A DNA stretch of 54,479 bases from a virus (taxonomy: Duplodnaviria > Caudoviricetes), in the IMG/VR virus record IMGVR_UViG_3300027782_000111, positions 1-54,479 of that record. One strand, 5' to 3'. Position 1 is the stretch's first letter. Every line of letters starts with the position of its first letter. The translations under genes and the position numbers were made by a program. Below, piece after piece: positions 30,188 to 38,738 of this stretch. The notes below the pieces were generated by a model. That model had not been told where the DNA came from. It did no database searches and saw nothing but the letters and a program-made list of their open reading frames with translations.

Positions 30188-32176
30188 TTATATTACCGCC
30201 CATCGTGATCCAGAAGGAACTGTTACAACTACACCGCTTGCTACAGAAACTGGTCCAGTGCTCATAGCGTTAGACCCAACAGGTATTGTATATGAAGTAG
30301 ATATTGTTTGTCCATTAACGATTATACCGTTGGTTGCTACTAAAACTGAAGATGTACCACTTATACTAGATACACCTAAGTATCTTGCAGATATATTATT
30401 TGTACCAGCTGGAGGTGCTGTTGAGAATGTTAATGTTGTGCTAAGTACTGTATAGGTAGTAGGGTCTTGAACCACACCAGAAATAGCTACTATCACAGAT
30501 GCTGAGTTAGCTGGTGTTTGTGTCATTGTAAATGCTGTTTGAGAACCTGTACCACTGAAGTTATCAGCTACAATCGTAGCATAAGTATTAAGACCAGAGA
30601 ACGCTACCACTTCAATCACATCACCCACGTTAGCACCTGTAGCTAAAACAATAGAAGTTCCGTTAGATGCTGTGTAATCAGCTATAGCTAATTTAACTCC
30701 GTTTCTATAAACCTCTACTAAGCCTACTGTGTAAGCTACTGTGAATGTTGTTTGGCTGGCTGTGGCTGTAAAGTCTGTGACTGTGATTGTACCAGCTCCA
30801 CTGACTGCTGCCCATTTTAAACCTGTAGCCTCTGCTGAATCTGCTGTTAATACATAATTATTTGTACCTACGCCAAGTCTTACATCATTAGTACCATTGC
30901 TAGAAATTAAATCACCCTTAGTTGTTATAGGTGATAACGCATCAAAAGCTGCAGTAGCTGTTGTTTGTCCTGTACCACCAGAACTAATACCTAAAGTGCC
31001 TGCTAAAGTAACTGCGCCACTTGTTGCGGTAGAAGGTGTAAGTCCGTTTAATGATGTTTGGAATGTTGTAACTGCTGAACTAGATAATGTACCCCATGTT
31101 GGAGCTGATCCAGTATTACCTACTAAAACTTGTCCTGTTGTTCCAGCTGCTGTAACACCTAAAGCTGAAGTTCCATTACCATATAAAACACCATTAGAAG
31201 TAAATGTAGTTGCTGCAGTACCGCCTGCTGCTATAGGTAAAGTACCTGCAGCCAAAGCTGAACTTGATGTTGAGTAGAGAGCATTGTTAGCTGCAGCAAA
31301 TGTTGTAAGCCCTGTACCACCATAACCTGAAGTTATTGTTCCACCATTCCATGTACCGTTTGTAATAACAGTAGTTCCAAGGTTTAAAGCATTAGTTCCC
31401 CAAGTTACTGCTTCTGGAAGATATCCGTGTACATCCCACGTGCCCGCAACAGTACCACTAGATAGCAACACAAGCTCAACAGCACCACCAGAGGTAATTG
31501 TTCCAACAGGGCCAGCAGCATAATCTTGTAATGTTAGTGTGCCTGTTGCATTGTTATTAAATACAAAGGCTACACCTGTTGTTAGCGTAGTTGCATCTGG
31601 CATTGTATACGTCTGATTGCCAGTACCATTAAGTGTTTGAGAATAACTAGAAGCTGCTGTTAGAGCTGTTGTGCCACCTGCCGCTGAAATAGATGTATTG
31701 GCTTGGTTTAATCTATTAATAGCTACGTTTTGGTTTGAATCCCTTAACATGACAGAGTTAGCGCCAGAAGATGTAGTAACTCCTGTACCACCATATCCTA
31801 CACCTACAGTCGTACCTTGCCAAATACCAGAAGAAACTGTACCTAATGCAGATACATTATTTGATCCATCTAGATTGACTGATTTTTCTGAAGGGTATGT
31901 AACAAAGACATTGACTGTACCCGAGAAGGTAACAGCTGAACCAGAATTACTTGAAGCTAGGATTGTAGTACGCGTTAATGTAGGGCCAGATGTAGCATAT
32001 GTACCAACACCTACTTCCCAATTACCAGACGCATCTGTTGCAGCATAATAGGTTGTATTTCCGTTACCAATAACAGCAAAGGATTGAAACCCAGTAACTG
32101 ACGCGGTTAGGGTAAAGCTGACTGTGGTGTTAGCCGTACCCTGTTGTTGGACGCGATCATTTAACGCTAGAGCCAT
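30188..32176 (-). CDS. long tail fibre protein
   Basis: MALALNDRV...WEVGVGTY N-terminus; repeated GGTG motifs; TVPSGSRWAVI C-terminus. Confidence 0.75.
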   Translation of the reverse strand: MALALNDRVQQQGTANTTVSFTLTASVTGFQSFAVIGNGNTTYYAATDASGNWEVGVGTYATSGPTLTRTTILASSNSGSAVTFSGTVNVFVTYPSEKSVNLDGSNNVSALGTVSSGIWQGTTVGVGYGGTGVTTSSGANSVMLRDSNQNVAINRLNQANTSISAAGGTTALTAASSYSQTLNGTGNQTYTMPDATTLTTGVAFVFNNNATGTLTLQDYAAGPVGTITSGGAVELVLLSSGTVAGTWDVHGYLPEAVTWGTNALNLGTTVITNGTWNGGTITSGYGGTGLTTFAAANNALYSTSSSALAAGTLPIAAGGTAATTFTSNGVLYGNGTSALGVTAAGTTGQVLVGNTGSAPTWGTLSSSAVTTFQTSLNGLTPSTATSGAVTLAGTLGISSGGTGQTTATAAFDALSPITTKGDLISSNGTNDVRLGVGTNNYVLTADSAEATGLKWAAVSGAGTITVTDFTATASQTTFTVAYTVGLVEVYRNGVKLAIADYTASNGTSIVLATGANVGDVIEVVAFSGLNTYATIVADNFSGTGSQTAFTMTQTPANSASVIVAISGVVQDPTTYTVLSTTLTFSTAPPAGTNNISARYLGVSSISGTSSVLVATNGIIVNGQTISTSYTIPVGSNAMSTGPVSVASGVVVTVPSGSRWAVI

Positions 32177-32186
32177 TTAGGACTCC

Positions 32187-32792
32187 TTAGCTTGTTGCAG
32201 TTGTAGAGTATGTAACGCTTACTGTATCGCCAGCTGTTGTTACTTTAGCTGTTGCAAAGTTACCTTCACTATATAATGTACCTGCAGTAGAGCTTTGTGT
32301 GCTTACAGCACCAGTGCCTGTTACTAAGAAACATCCATAAACTGTACCACCTGCACCTGTGATAGTGTAAGTAATAGCTGCTGCTGTTGAAGTTGTTACG
32401 TTAGTAGGTGTTGTACCTGATGAAGTAGCTGAAGCAAATACTGCTGTACCACGAACTGCTGAACCACCTACTGTGTAGTTAGTAAATTCTTTACCGCCGC
32501 CAACTAGTGTTGTCATCGTATCTGTAGCTGCTGGAGTTAAAGTAGCATTTGTTAACCCTAAAAATGGGCCAACTACTGAATAGCTAGAACCTTTTAGTAG
32601 GGTATCTAACATCAATTGTTTACCTACAGCTACAACTAGATTAGGGAACTTTTCTTCCCATTTTAAATTACCTGCTTTATCTTTGCAAACTACGTGGTAG
32701 TGGCCATGCACACCCATATCTTCTGCAGAAATAGCATTTGTGTTTAATGTGGCAATGGCTGAATCACCGAAGCCTTGTTGTTCTTTATGCAT
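32187..32792 (-). CDS. virion structural (tail/collar) protein
   Basis: G.YHV.C.DK.G.LKW....NLVV..G...GD..SVTY pattern; AAGGAG RBS. Confidence 0.65.
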   Translation of the reverse strand: MHKEQQGFGDSAIATLNTNAISAEDMGVHGHYHVVCKDKAGNLKWEEKFPNLVVAVGKQLMLDTLLKGSSYSVVGPFLGLTNATLTPAATDTMTTLVGGGKEFTNYTVGGSAVRGTAVFASATSSGTTPTNVTTSTAAAITYTITGAGGTVYGCFLVTGTGAVSTQSSTAGTLYSEGNFATAKVTTAGDTVSVTYSTTATS

Positions 32793-32801
32793 GATTTCTC
32801 C

Positions 32802-33230
32802 TTAATTAATTCTTAATACAGCAGTGGTTGAAGTTGCTGATGGAAACGTTATTGTAAATGTGCTTGTTGCCGTTTTATCACTACCAAAATTCAATATACA
32901 AACAGCCGCATTTGTAGTGCTATTATATATTAAAGCTCCAGCAGTAGTAAAATTTGCAGGGCTCCAAGTTACATCTACGAACGACACATAAGCTGTATTA
33001 TTAGTCGTATCACTTCCTAACCCTGTTATAGTTAAAGTCTTGCCTCCTGCAGTATATCCTGTACCTGTTATTTCACCTTCTGTGGTATATGCAGTAGTAG
33101 TTTCATTTAACGTAGCATTCGCAGTATATAAAGCAATTTTGTAAGTATATGGAGTACCCACATTAAAGTTTTCTAAGGCCTTTAATAAATTAAGTTTAAA
33201 TACTGTAGTTTGTGTTTGTCCTATTGACAT
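32802..33230 (-). CDS. virion structural protein
   Basis: YKIALYT...GTGYTAGG..L...ALIYN...LNFGSDKT...FTITFP motif. Confidence 0.7.
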   Translation of the reverse strand: MSIGQTQTTVFKLNLLKALENFNVGTPYTYKIALYTANATLNETTTAYTTEGEITGTGYTAGGKTLTITGLGSDTTNNTAYVSFVDVTWSPANFTTAGALIYNSTTNAAVCILNFGSDKTATSTFTITFPSATSTTAVLRIN

Positions 33231-33871
33231 TATCTAACTGGGTATCTTACTTGCCCACTCCTATATGCATCTTGTCTATCTTTACCATCTGCAAGCTGTT
33301 TCAATAATACCATAGCTTCGTCATATCGTTTTTGGTATTGAGCTAGTACATCTGCTTCACCTTTCATGTAGGTATAAGCTTCTAATAATGACCCATATAA
33401 TAAAGTAGAGCTAAAGTTATCACCTAACCAAGTTTGACCGCCTGTTACTGTCGTAATAGACTCAGGATAATAAAAGTAATGAAGCTCAACTGCGTATGAA
33501 GCATCTGGTGTAGGGCCCATAATAAACGCTGTACTATCAAATACTGCGTAATACGCAGGGGTTCCATAAAAATCAGAATCTGTATCTGGATAAGACTGTC
33601 TAATAAAATTCACATCCTTGTTTAAAAGATATGTGTACTCATTAGCAGAATTAATAACAGCTAAGCTAAACGTAGCTAACCAATTAGTAGGCATAGCTAA
33701 ATACTTATTACCCGCCGTAGTCGTACCGGTTACATTTTTACGTAACGCAGGAAGTTGTACAGAGTTATAGATACGTTGTTCAGCTTGGGTTATAAACGTA
33801 TTTATATCCGCTGTTTGAAACGTATCCTCTGCATAACTTTGTATTTCTGTAACTAACTGGGTGTAATTCAT
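33230..33871 (-). CDS. head-to-tail adaptor / tail tubular protein
   Basis: MNYTQLV..IQ...FITQAEQRI...GPTPD..Y.VELHY...TWL...LLYGSLLEA pattern. Confidence 0.7.
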   Translation of the reverse strand: MNYTQLVTEIQSYAEDTFQTADINTFITQAEQRIYNSVQLPALRKNVTGTTTAGNKYLAMPTNWLATFSLAVINSANEYTYLLNKDVNFIRQSYPDTDSDFYGTPAYYAVFDSTAFIMGPTPDASYAVELHYFYYPESITTVTGGQTWLGDNFSSTLLYGSLLEAYTYMKGEADVLAQYQKRYDEAMVLLKQLADGKDRQDAYRSGQVRYPVR

Positions 33872-33874
33872 TTA

Positions 33875-34225
33875 TTACGCCATTGGGCCTCTTGTTTTAA
33901 TACCCTTAGTCGCTGCGCCATAACCACGCATAGTTTTTTCACCGTGTCTATTAATAACTTTAGAACCTGGATCTCCTGCACTAACGCGTTGTCTGCCAGT
34001 ACTTTGATTGAGGTCTTGAGCTTTTAACTTATTAGGGTCTTGAGAAAAGCCAATGTCAGTGCCATTTGGATTAGGCATCGGTTGTTTATAGATACCAATG
34101 TCGTCACCAGTACCGCCTGATGGATATTTAAAACCCGTATATTCACTAGCGTCTTTGTTTTCTTTAGCGTGACCTAATGGATAGGATTCCGCTGGTGTTG
34201 GTTTTGGAAAGTCATTTTTAGCCAT
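33875..34225 (-). CDS. small basic protein
   Basis: Likely start ATG 34225; C-terminal MRGYGAATKGIKTRGPMA. Confidence 0.6.
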   Translation of the reverse strand: MAKNDFPKPTPAESYPLGHAKENKDASEYTGFKYPSGGTGDDIGIYKQPMPNPNGTDIGFSQDPNKLKAQDLNQSTGRQRVSAGDPGSKVINRHGEKTMRGYGAATKGIKTRGPMA

Positions 34226-34229
34226 TTTA

Positions 34230-34424
34230 TTACCCCTTTTTTTGTGCTGCAACTTTAGCCATACCACGACCCATAGTTTTCATGTCAATGTTCTTTTTAC
34301 CGCCTTTAGAACCTGCATGTTTAGGACCTGTTTGAATAGCTACATTTGGACCTGAATCCCCTAAATTTTTACCTTTAGTTTTACCTTGTTTAGTAATACC
34401 GTCAGCTGATGATCTGAATGCCAT
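34230..34424 (-). CDS. small Lys/Gly-rich protein
   Basis: 64 aa; AGGAG RBS; ADGITKQGKTKGK. Confidence 0.6.
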   Translation of the reverse strand: MAFRSSADGITKQGKTKGKNLGDSGPNVAIQTGPKHAGSKGGKKNIDMKTMGRGMAKVAAQKKG

Positions 34425-34435
34425 GTTACTTCTCC

Positions 34436-34867
34436 TTATGTTGTTGTTACTGTTACACTTGCTACTACACCTGTTGCAACTAAATAATTTGGTGTTAATG
34501 CCGCATCAAAGAAACTAGCACCACCTACTGGTTGCCAGCCCCACTGAATGATTCTGCTACCGCCCATTGGAACACCTGTTTCAGATGTAGCTGGACCTGT
34601 TTGAATTATAGTTTGAAGCCCATTTAAACCTGATTGGTAATAACTAGGACTATCAGGTCTTGGATTTCTTATTGCTTGCGGATCATTAACTGGGTATAAA
34701 CCTAGTGATAATTGTGGCTGATCCGGTTCCCAACATTCTTGACACACCAGTATATTAACATTTTTTGTCTTAATTACTAAGCGTCTTAGTTGACTTAGTT
34801 TAAATCTAAAATTACAGCGATCACACTGTGATATAGCATTCTTACCACTTGCGTATTTACTTGGCAT
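34436..34867 (-). CDS. conserved phage protein with CxxC...CxxC motif
   Basis: YASGKNAISQCDRC...VCQECWEPDQPQL...DPQAIRNPRPD. Confidence 0.7.
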   Translation of the reverse strand: MPSKYASGKNAISQCDRCNFRFKLSQLRRLVIKTKNVNILVCQECWEPDQPQLSLGLYPVNDPQAIRNPRPDSPSYYQSGLNGLQTIIQTGPATSETGVPMGGSRIIQWGWQPVGGASFFDAALTPNYLVATGVVASVTVTTT

Positions 34868-34876
34868 TTAATTACC

Positions 34877-35818
34877 CTACATATAGTAGAAAGAGTCTCT
34901 AGGCACAAACCTAATAGATGCTTTTTCTCTATCCTCATCCGCTGCTAATTGAAATGCTTCTTCATATGCGGCTTTTAACATTTCAATTCTCATTTCAGCA
35001 CCTGGTAGTTTAAGACTTAAATAATAAGCTAACCCAGCTACCATGCAAGGAATAAATCTAAAGGGTATATCTTCTACAGTCACACCTGTACCTGCATCTT
35101 GTATGCGTCTTAATCTGTAATAAACAAATTGATAAAAACTACTTTGTTCTGGAGCTGGCCATATATTAACTGTAGGTAAGTTTTGAACATAAATCTTATC
35201 CCCAATTGCGTGTGTATCTAATACTGTATTATTAACAGCTCTTATACATCCAGTTAAATTACTACCACTTACGCCACCATATTGAATGGTTTCAGCGCCA
35301 ATCTTAATAAAACCAAATTGAGCTAAGCCAACTGTAGAACTTAAAGTAATTGTTTCTGGGTTTGCTGCAGTGGAAGCAGTTGCAGTTAACGTTTCAGCTA
35401 ATAAAATCTGAGTAGGGCTTTCTTGGCCACTTTGTCTATTAATCCACACTTGGATTGGACGACCCGTTGCGTTTTTATTAGGTATTGTAATATATGTTGA
35501 CTCACTAATACGACTAATATTAATATCTTGTTGATTTGCTCCAGTTCCAGTACGCGTCACCATATCAAGCAAATCTACTGTATCAGTAGGTAATGCATAC
35601 ATAATCTGATTTTGGTTTAATGCAATTTGACCAGGCTCTACAGTCCACAAGTTAATACCACGATTGGCCCATTCAGCCGTCATAATATTAAGTGAACGTC
35701 TTGCAGTTCTTAAGTCGTACCCAGTACGTAACTCTTGACCACAACGTTCAAACGCATCTTCAACTAAGTTATTTAAATCTAAATTAAAGGTACTTATACC
35801 TGAGGTTCTATCAACCAT
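34877..35818 (-). CDS. head-tail connector / tail tubular protein
   Basis: VEDAFERCG...TARRSLN...EWANRGINLWT...D.PFRF.PC.VAGLAYY...YEE.F..A.DED pattern. Confidence 0.7.
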   Translation of the reverse strand: MVDRTSGISTFNLDLNNLVEDAFERCGQELRTGYDLRTARRSLNIMTAEWANRGINLWTVEPGQIALNQNQIMYALPTDTVDLLDMVTRTGTGANQQDINISRISESTYITIPNKNATGRPIQVWINRQSGQESPTQILLAETLTATASTAANPETITLSSTVGLAQFGFIKIGAETIQYGGVSGSNLTGCIRAVNNTVLDTHAIGDKIYVQNLPTVNIWPAPEQSSFYQFVYYRLRRIQDAGTGVTVEDIPFRFIPCMVAGLAYYLSLKLPGAEMRIEMLKAAYEEAFQLAADEDREKASIRFVPRDSFYYM

Positions 35819-36069
35819 TATTTAGGAAATCCTTTTTTCATATTTGCATAAGCTTTAGGGGCAATTGTGGACTTTGATTTAGGACGTGATATGCCTTTTT
35901 TCTTTCGCGCATTCATGTTTGCATAAAGTCCTACAGGGCCACCTTCTTTAAACTGAGTAAAGTCTGTGTTATCACGACGTGCTTTAACTTTGCCTTTTGG
36001 CATAGTGTTTTCAGTAGCACTAGGAATCTTAGTTTTCTTTATAGCACCCATACCACGTGAAGGTCTCAT
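35818..36069 (-). CDS. small basic protein
   Basis: MRPSRGMGAI...FKEGG...GLYAN.NA.KK; TAATG coupling. Confidence 0.6.
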   Translation of the reverse strand: MRPSRGMGAIKKTKIPSATENTMPKGKVKARRDNTDFTQFKEGGPVGLYANMNARKKKGISRPKSKSTIAPKAYANMKKGFPK

Positions 36070-36305
36070 TAGCAGATTTTTCCTCTTGATTTACCACGAA
36101 CAGCAATGCCGTTAGCTTTTGCTAATTGGGATACTTTACCGCCTGAAGCCATCTTTTTAACTGGTTTTACAGTTTCTTTTTTAGGTTCAGGTGTAGGTAA
36201 TGGACCACTATCATCATTAATTGGACCTGGAATTTTGCCGTCTTTCATAGCTTTATCAGCTTTATCAAAGTCTGCTTGTTGCGGTTGTTTATCTTTATCA
36301 GCCAT
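36069..36305 (-). CDS. small basic protein
   Basis: C-terminal MASGGKVSQLAKANGIAVRGKSRGKIC. Confidence 0.6.
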   Translation of the reverse strand: MADKDKQPQQADFDKADKAMKDGKIPGPINDDSGPLPTPEPKKETVKPVKKMASGGKVSQLAKANGIAVRGKSRGKIC

Positions 36306-36307
36306 GA

Positions 36308-36694
36308 TTAAACATTCCTTCCTTTTGTTTTACCACGAACAGCAATACCATTAGATTTTGCTAATTGGGATACTTTACCACCAGAAGCGTAACCGCATCC
36401 TTTAGCCATACCACCTTTTTTAAGGGCTAGTTTAGTACCTTTACCACCTTTGTGTTCTTGCATATCGTGTTGCTTCATTGCTTTTTTGATCATAGCCTTG
36501 TCTTGAGCCATGTCCATTTTTGTATCTTCTTTCATATCTGATTTAGCCATACCGCCTCCTTTAAATTTCTTACCTTTATCTGCTTGATTATACTCTTGTG
36601 CCACTGACACAGGAACCCCTACTTTTTTAGCAAATGCAGGATTGTGAGCTGCAGCCGCCATTAAATTTCTTTGTGCTTTAGATTTACTAGGCAT
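36308..36694 (-). CDS. small basic protein
   Basis: MPSKSKAQRNLMAAAAHNPAFAKKVG...; C-terminal YASGGKVSQLAKSNGIAVRGKTKG. Confidence 0.65.
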   Translation of the reverse strand: MPSKSKAQRNLMAAAAHNPAFAKKVGVPVSVAQEYNQADKGKKFKGGGMAKSDMKEDTKMDMAQDKAMIKKAMKQHDMQEHKGGKGTKLALKKGGMAKGCGYASGGKVSQLAKSNGIAVRGKTKGRNV

Positions 36695-36902
36695 TTTGTT
36701 TTTTCCATCTCATACATTTATTACAATTACAATCTGGGAAATGATTAGGTTTTGGATACGTAATTACCTGTTCTTGTTTTACTTCTTTAATAATAGCTTC
36801 AACCATTGCTTCAGTTGCTTTAGTTTCAGTTGTAATTGATTCTTTAATTTGTTTATCATCTTGTTTCCTTTTATTAAATATTCTGTCTATAAAAGCTTTC
36901 AT
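36687..36902 (-). CDS. hypothetical protein
   Basis: 71 aa; H..CNC.KC motif; 8-bp overlap with the downstream gene. Confidence 0.55.
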   Translation of the reverse strand: MKAFIDRIFNKRKQDDKQIKESITTETKATEAMVEAIIKEVKQEQVITYPKPNHFPDCNCNKCMRWKKQNA

Positions 36903-36903
36903 A

Positions 36904-37125
36904 TTATTTTCCTAGCCAATGAGTCACCATCCAGCTTATAACGCCTGAAATAATAGTAGCAAGAGCAATGAATACTTTCCAGCCACCTTTAATTTCTTCT
37001 AATGTCTTTTCAATACTATCAAGACGTGCTTTTAGTTGTTCCATGTCTTCCATAATACTATCCACATCTGATTGAATATGTTTAATTTCAACACCGTGTT
37101 CTATAACTTCACGTTCTGCACTCAT
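36904..37125 (-). CDS. coiled-coil protein with C-terminal TM (XhlA/holin-like)
   Basis: Heptad pattern then GGWKVFIALATIISGVISWMV; start ATG 37125 (ATGA overlap). Confidence 0.55.
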   Translation of the reverse strand: MSAEREVIEHGVEIKHIQSDVDSIMEDMEQLKARLDSIEKTLEEIKGGWKVFIALATIISGVISWMVTHWLGK

Positions 37126-37385
37126 TTGCAATTCCACCTTTTTAAAGAAGCAGCCTTACGAGTAGGTCTACCTTTTTCATCTTTCATAGGCCCAGGCATA
37201 CCAGACATCCTAGCACAAAACGACTTCTTGCGAGGTCCACCTTGTGGTTGAGGAGCCTTCAGGTTTGACCCAGTAGCTGCGTTATATTTTGCACGACCTT
37301 TAGCCGTGAGCCCTGCACCTTTCGATACAGGAAGTTTCTCACCACGTCCAACTGCTAAGCTCGGACCTTTTTTCTTACTAGCCAT
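37122..37385 (-). CDS. basic conserved phage protein
   Basis: GAGLTAKGRAKYN..TGS.LKAP...RKKSFCARM.G...SL.RW.C motif. Confidence 0.7.
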   Translation of the reverse strand: MASKKKGPSLAVGRGEKLPVSKGAGLTAKGRAKYNAATGSNLKAPQPQGGPRKKSFCARMSGMPGPMKDEKGRPTRKAASLKRWNCK

Positions 37386-37890
37386 ATATTATTTGTGCTG
37401 CATCCATATTTGACATTTCAGCATACACACCTGTTTCAGCTCGTATACCCTCACCTGGAAGGAAAGGAACGTTGGTAAATATATCAGTAGCTACGGTTTC
37501 ATAAGTAAGTAACCATTTACCAACAGCATATACAGCTGAAGTGCTAGTAATAGTACGTGAGTTAATATCAGTTAGAGTAAATGCATCAGCACTTGTTCTA
37601 GTAATACTATAAGTACCATCAGTAGCTGAAACGCCAGAATTTGATAAAAAATGAATACCTATAATATCACCTGTACTTAAACCATGAGCTGTTTTAGTTA
37701 CTGTTACAGTTGTACCTGATTGTGCGTAAGTTACACTTGATGAAACAGGTGTTGAGGAAGTATCAAATAAAGTTATATACCCAGCAGAAGCTGCACCTGC
37801 AAATGACACGCCTTTGACACGTACAGGATATTTTACAAAATAACCGCTTGAATTTAAATGGGCTTGTTTTACATCATATTGCATACTCAT
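37378..37890 (-). CDS. virion structural protein
   Basis: 170 aa, beta-rich; PGEGI....GVY C-terminus; AAGGAG RBS. Confidence 0.65.
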   Translation of the reverse strand: MSMQYDVKQAHLNSSGYFVKYPVRVKGVSFAGAASAGYITLFDTSSTPVSSSVTYAQSGTTVTVTKTAHGLSTGDIIGIHFLSNSGVSATDGTYSITRTSADAFTLTDINSRTITSTSAVYAVGKWLLTYETVATDIFTNVPFLPGEGIRAETGVYAEMSNMDAAQIIYG

Positions 37891-37939
37891 AATTAATCTC
37901 CTTTATTTAGTGAGGGGGCTAAGTGCCCCCAGTGATTAA

Positions 37940-38416
37940 TTAAACAGCTGCGCTAAATGGTGTAGCTACAGTGCCAGAGCCGATAAGACCGCCGCCAGTA
38001 ATAACAAAGATACCTGAAGCAACGTCTTGTAATCGAACAAATGAACCTGCAACGCCACCTGTAGTTGTACCATTCATAGTAATAGTGTCAGAAGCTGGAA
38101 GAGTACCAAATGGAGTACCTGTAGTACCTGCAACATTTAATGTACCGCTAATTACATCTGTTGCGTTAGCAACTTGAATTTTGTAACTATTAGATGTAAC
38201 TGTTGTTGTAATCAAAAATGTATATACAGAATTTGTACCTGTAGCTGCTGGAAGAGTAGCTGTAATACCAGCTGCACGACTTAAGCCAATAATTTGACCA
38301 TTGTAGTCTGCTGATGTAACTGCTAGTGTTGATGCTGTAACTGTTGAATTAACGCCCGTACCTGTGATGAAACCGTTGGTTGACGTGACTGGGCCCGAAA
38401 AGGTTGTATTAGCCAT
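37940..38416 (-). CDS. virion structural (head fibre/decoration) protein
   Basis: MANTTFSGPV.S.NGF...TLPAATG...ATPFS; GGAG RBS. Confidence 0.65.
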   Translation of the reverse strand: MANTTFSGPVTSTNGFITGTGVNSTVTASTLAVTSADYNGQIIGLSRAAGITATLPAATGTNSVYTFLITTTVTSNSYKIQVANATDVISGTLNVAGTTGTPFGTLPASDTITMNGTTTGGVAGSFVRLQDVASGIFVITGGGLIGSGTVATPFSAAV

Positions 38417-38421
38417 TTGAA

Positions 38422-38500
38422 TTTCTCCATATAGAGTTAAGTTTATTAGCCTTATATGCGTCTGCCGGGACAGTCTAATAAACCGGATATACCCGGATAT
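38422..38500 (-). ncRNA. candidate structured cis-regulatory leader RNA
   Basis: 9-bp helix GUUUAUUAG/CUAAUAAAC, inner hairpin CUGU-CCCG-GCAG, crossing pairings CCGGG/CCCGG and CAUAUA/UAUAUG (the latter abuts the RBS). Confidence 0.4.
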
Positions 38501-38534
38501 GGCAATAATACTACATTTTATATATAAAGCAAGT

Positions 38535-38556
38535 AAAAAAGGGGCCGAAGCCCCTT
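38535..38556 (-). terminator. intrinsic terminator after pqqA
   Basis: GGGGC-TTCG-GCCCC followed by TTTTTT on the minus strand (cUUCGg tetraloop). Confidence 0.9.
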
Positions 38557-38575
38557 AATTTAAAGCAAAGTACTA

Positions 38576-38653
38576 TTACTTATTCATTACGTACATAGTT
38601 ACTTCAAAGCCAAATCTCATTTCAGTTGCTGCTGGTTTAGTCCATGCTTTCAT
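38576..38653 (-). CDS. pqqA: pyrroloquinoline quinone precursor peptide PqqA
   Basis: Manual translation MKAWTKPAATEMRFGFEVTMYVMNK*; W-T-K-P...R-F-G-F-E-V-T-M-Y with the E-x3-Y core of PqqA; AGGAG RBS at 38661-38665, 7 nt upstream. Confidence 0.95.
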   Translation of the reverse strand: MKAWTKPAATEMRFGFEVTMYVMNK

Positions 38654-38738
38654 ATTATTTCTCCTATAATTTATACACACGGTGTGTATAACCATATTAT
38701 TAACCGTACGCTTTATCGTACGCATCAAGAAAACCATG

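Noticed and set aside
20533-32048. Pro-rich + strand ORFs and Val-rich alternate-frame ORFs (e.g. 20533, 22337, 25064, 26278, 28343, 30897, 31671)
   Set aside because: These are antisense or frame shadows of Gly/Thr-rich tail genes with no RBS or operon context.
37914-37930. Terminator GGGGGC-actta-GCCCCC
   Set aside because: Good stem but no U tract on the coding strand; more likely a stabilising or processing hairpin.
38422-38500. Known self-cleaving ribozyme or riboswitch
   Set aside because: I could not match hammerhead, HDV, twister, pistol or known aptamer cores by eye; kept only as an unclassified candidate RNA.
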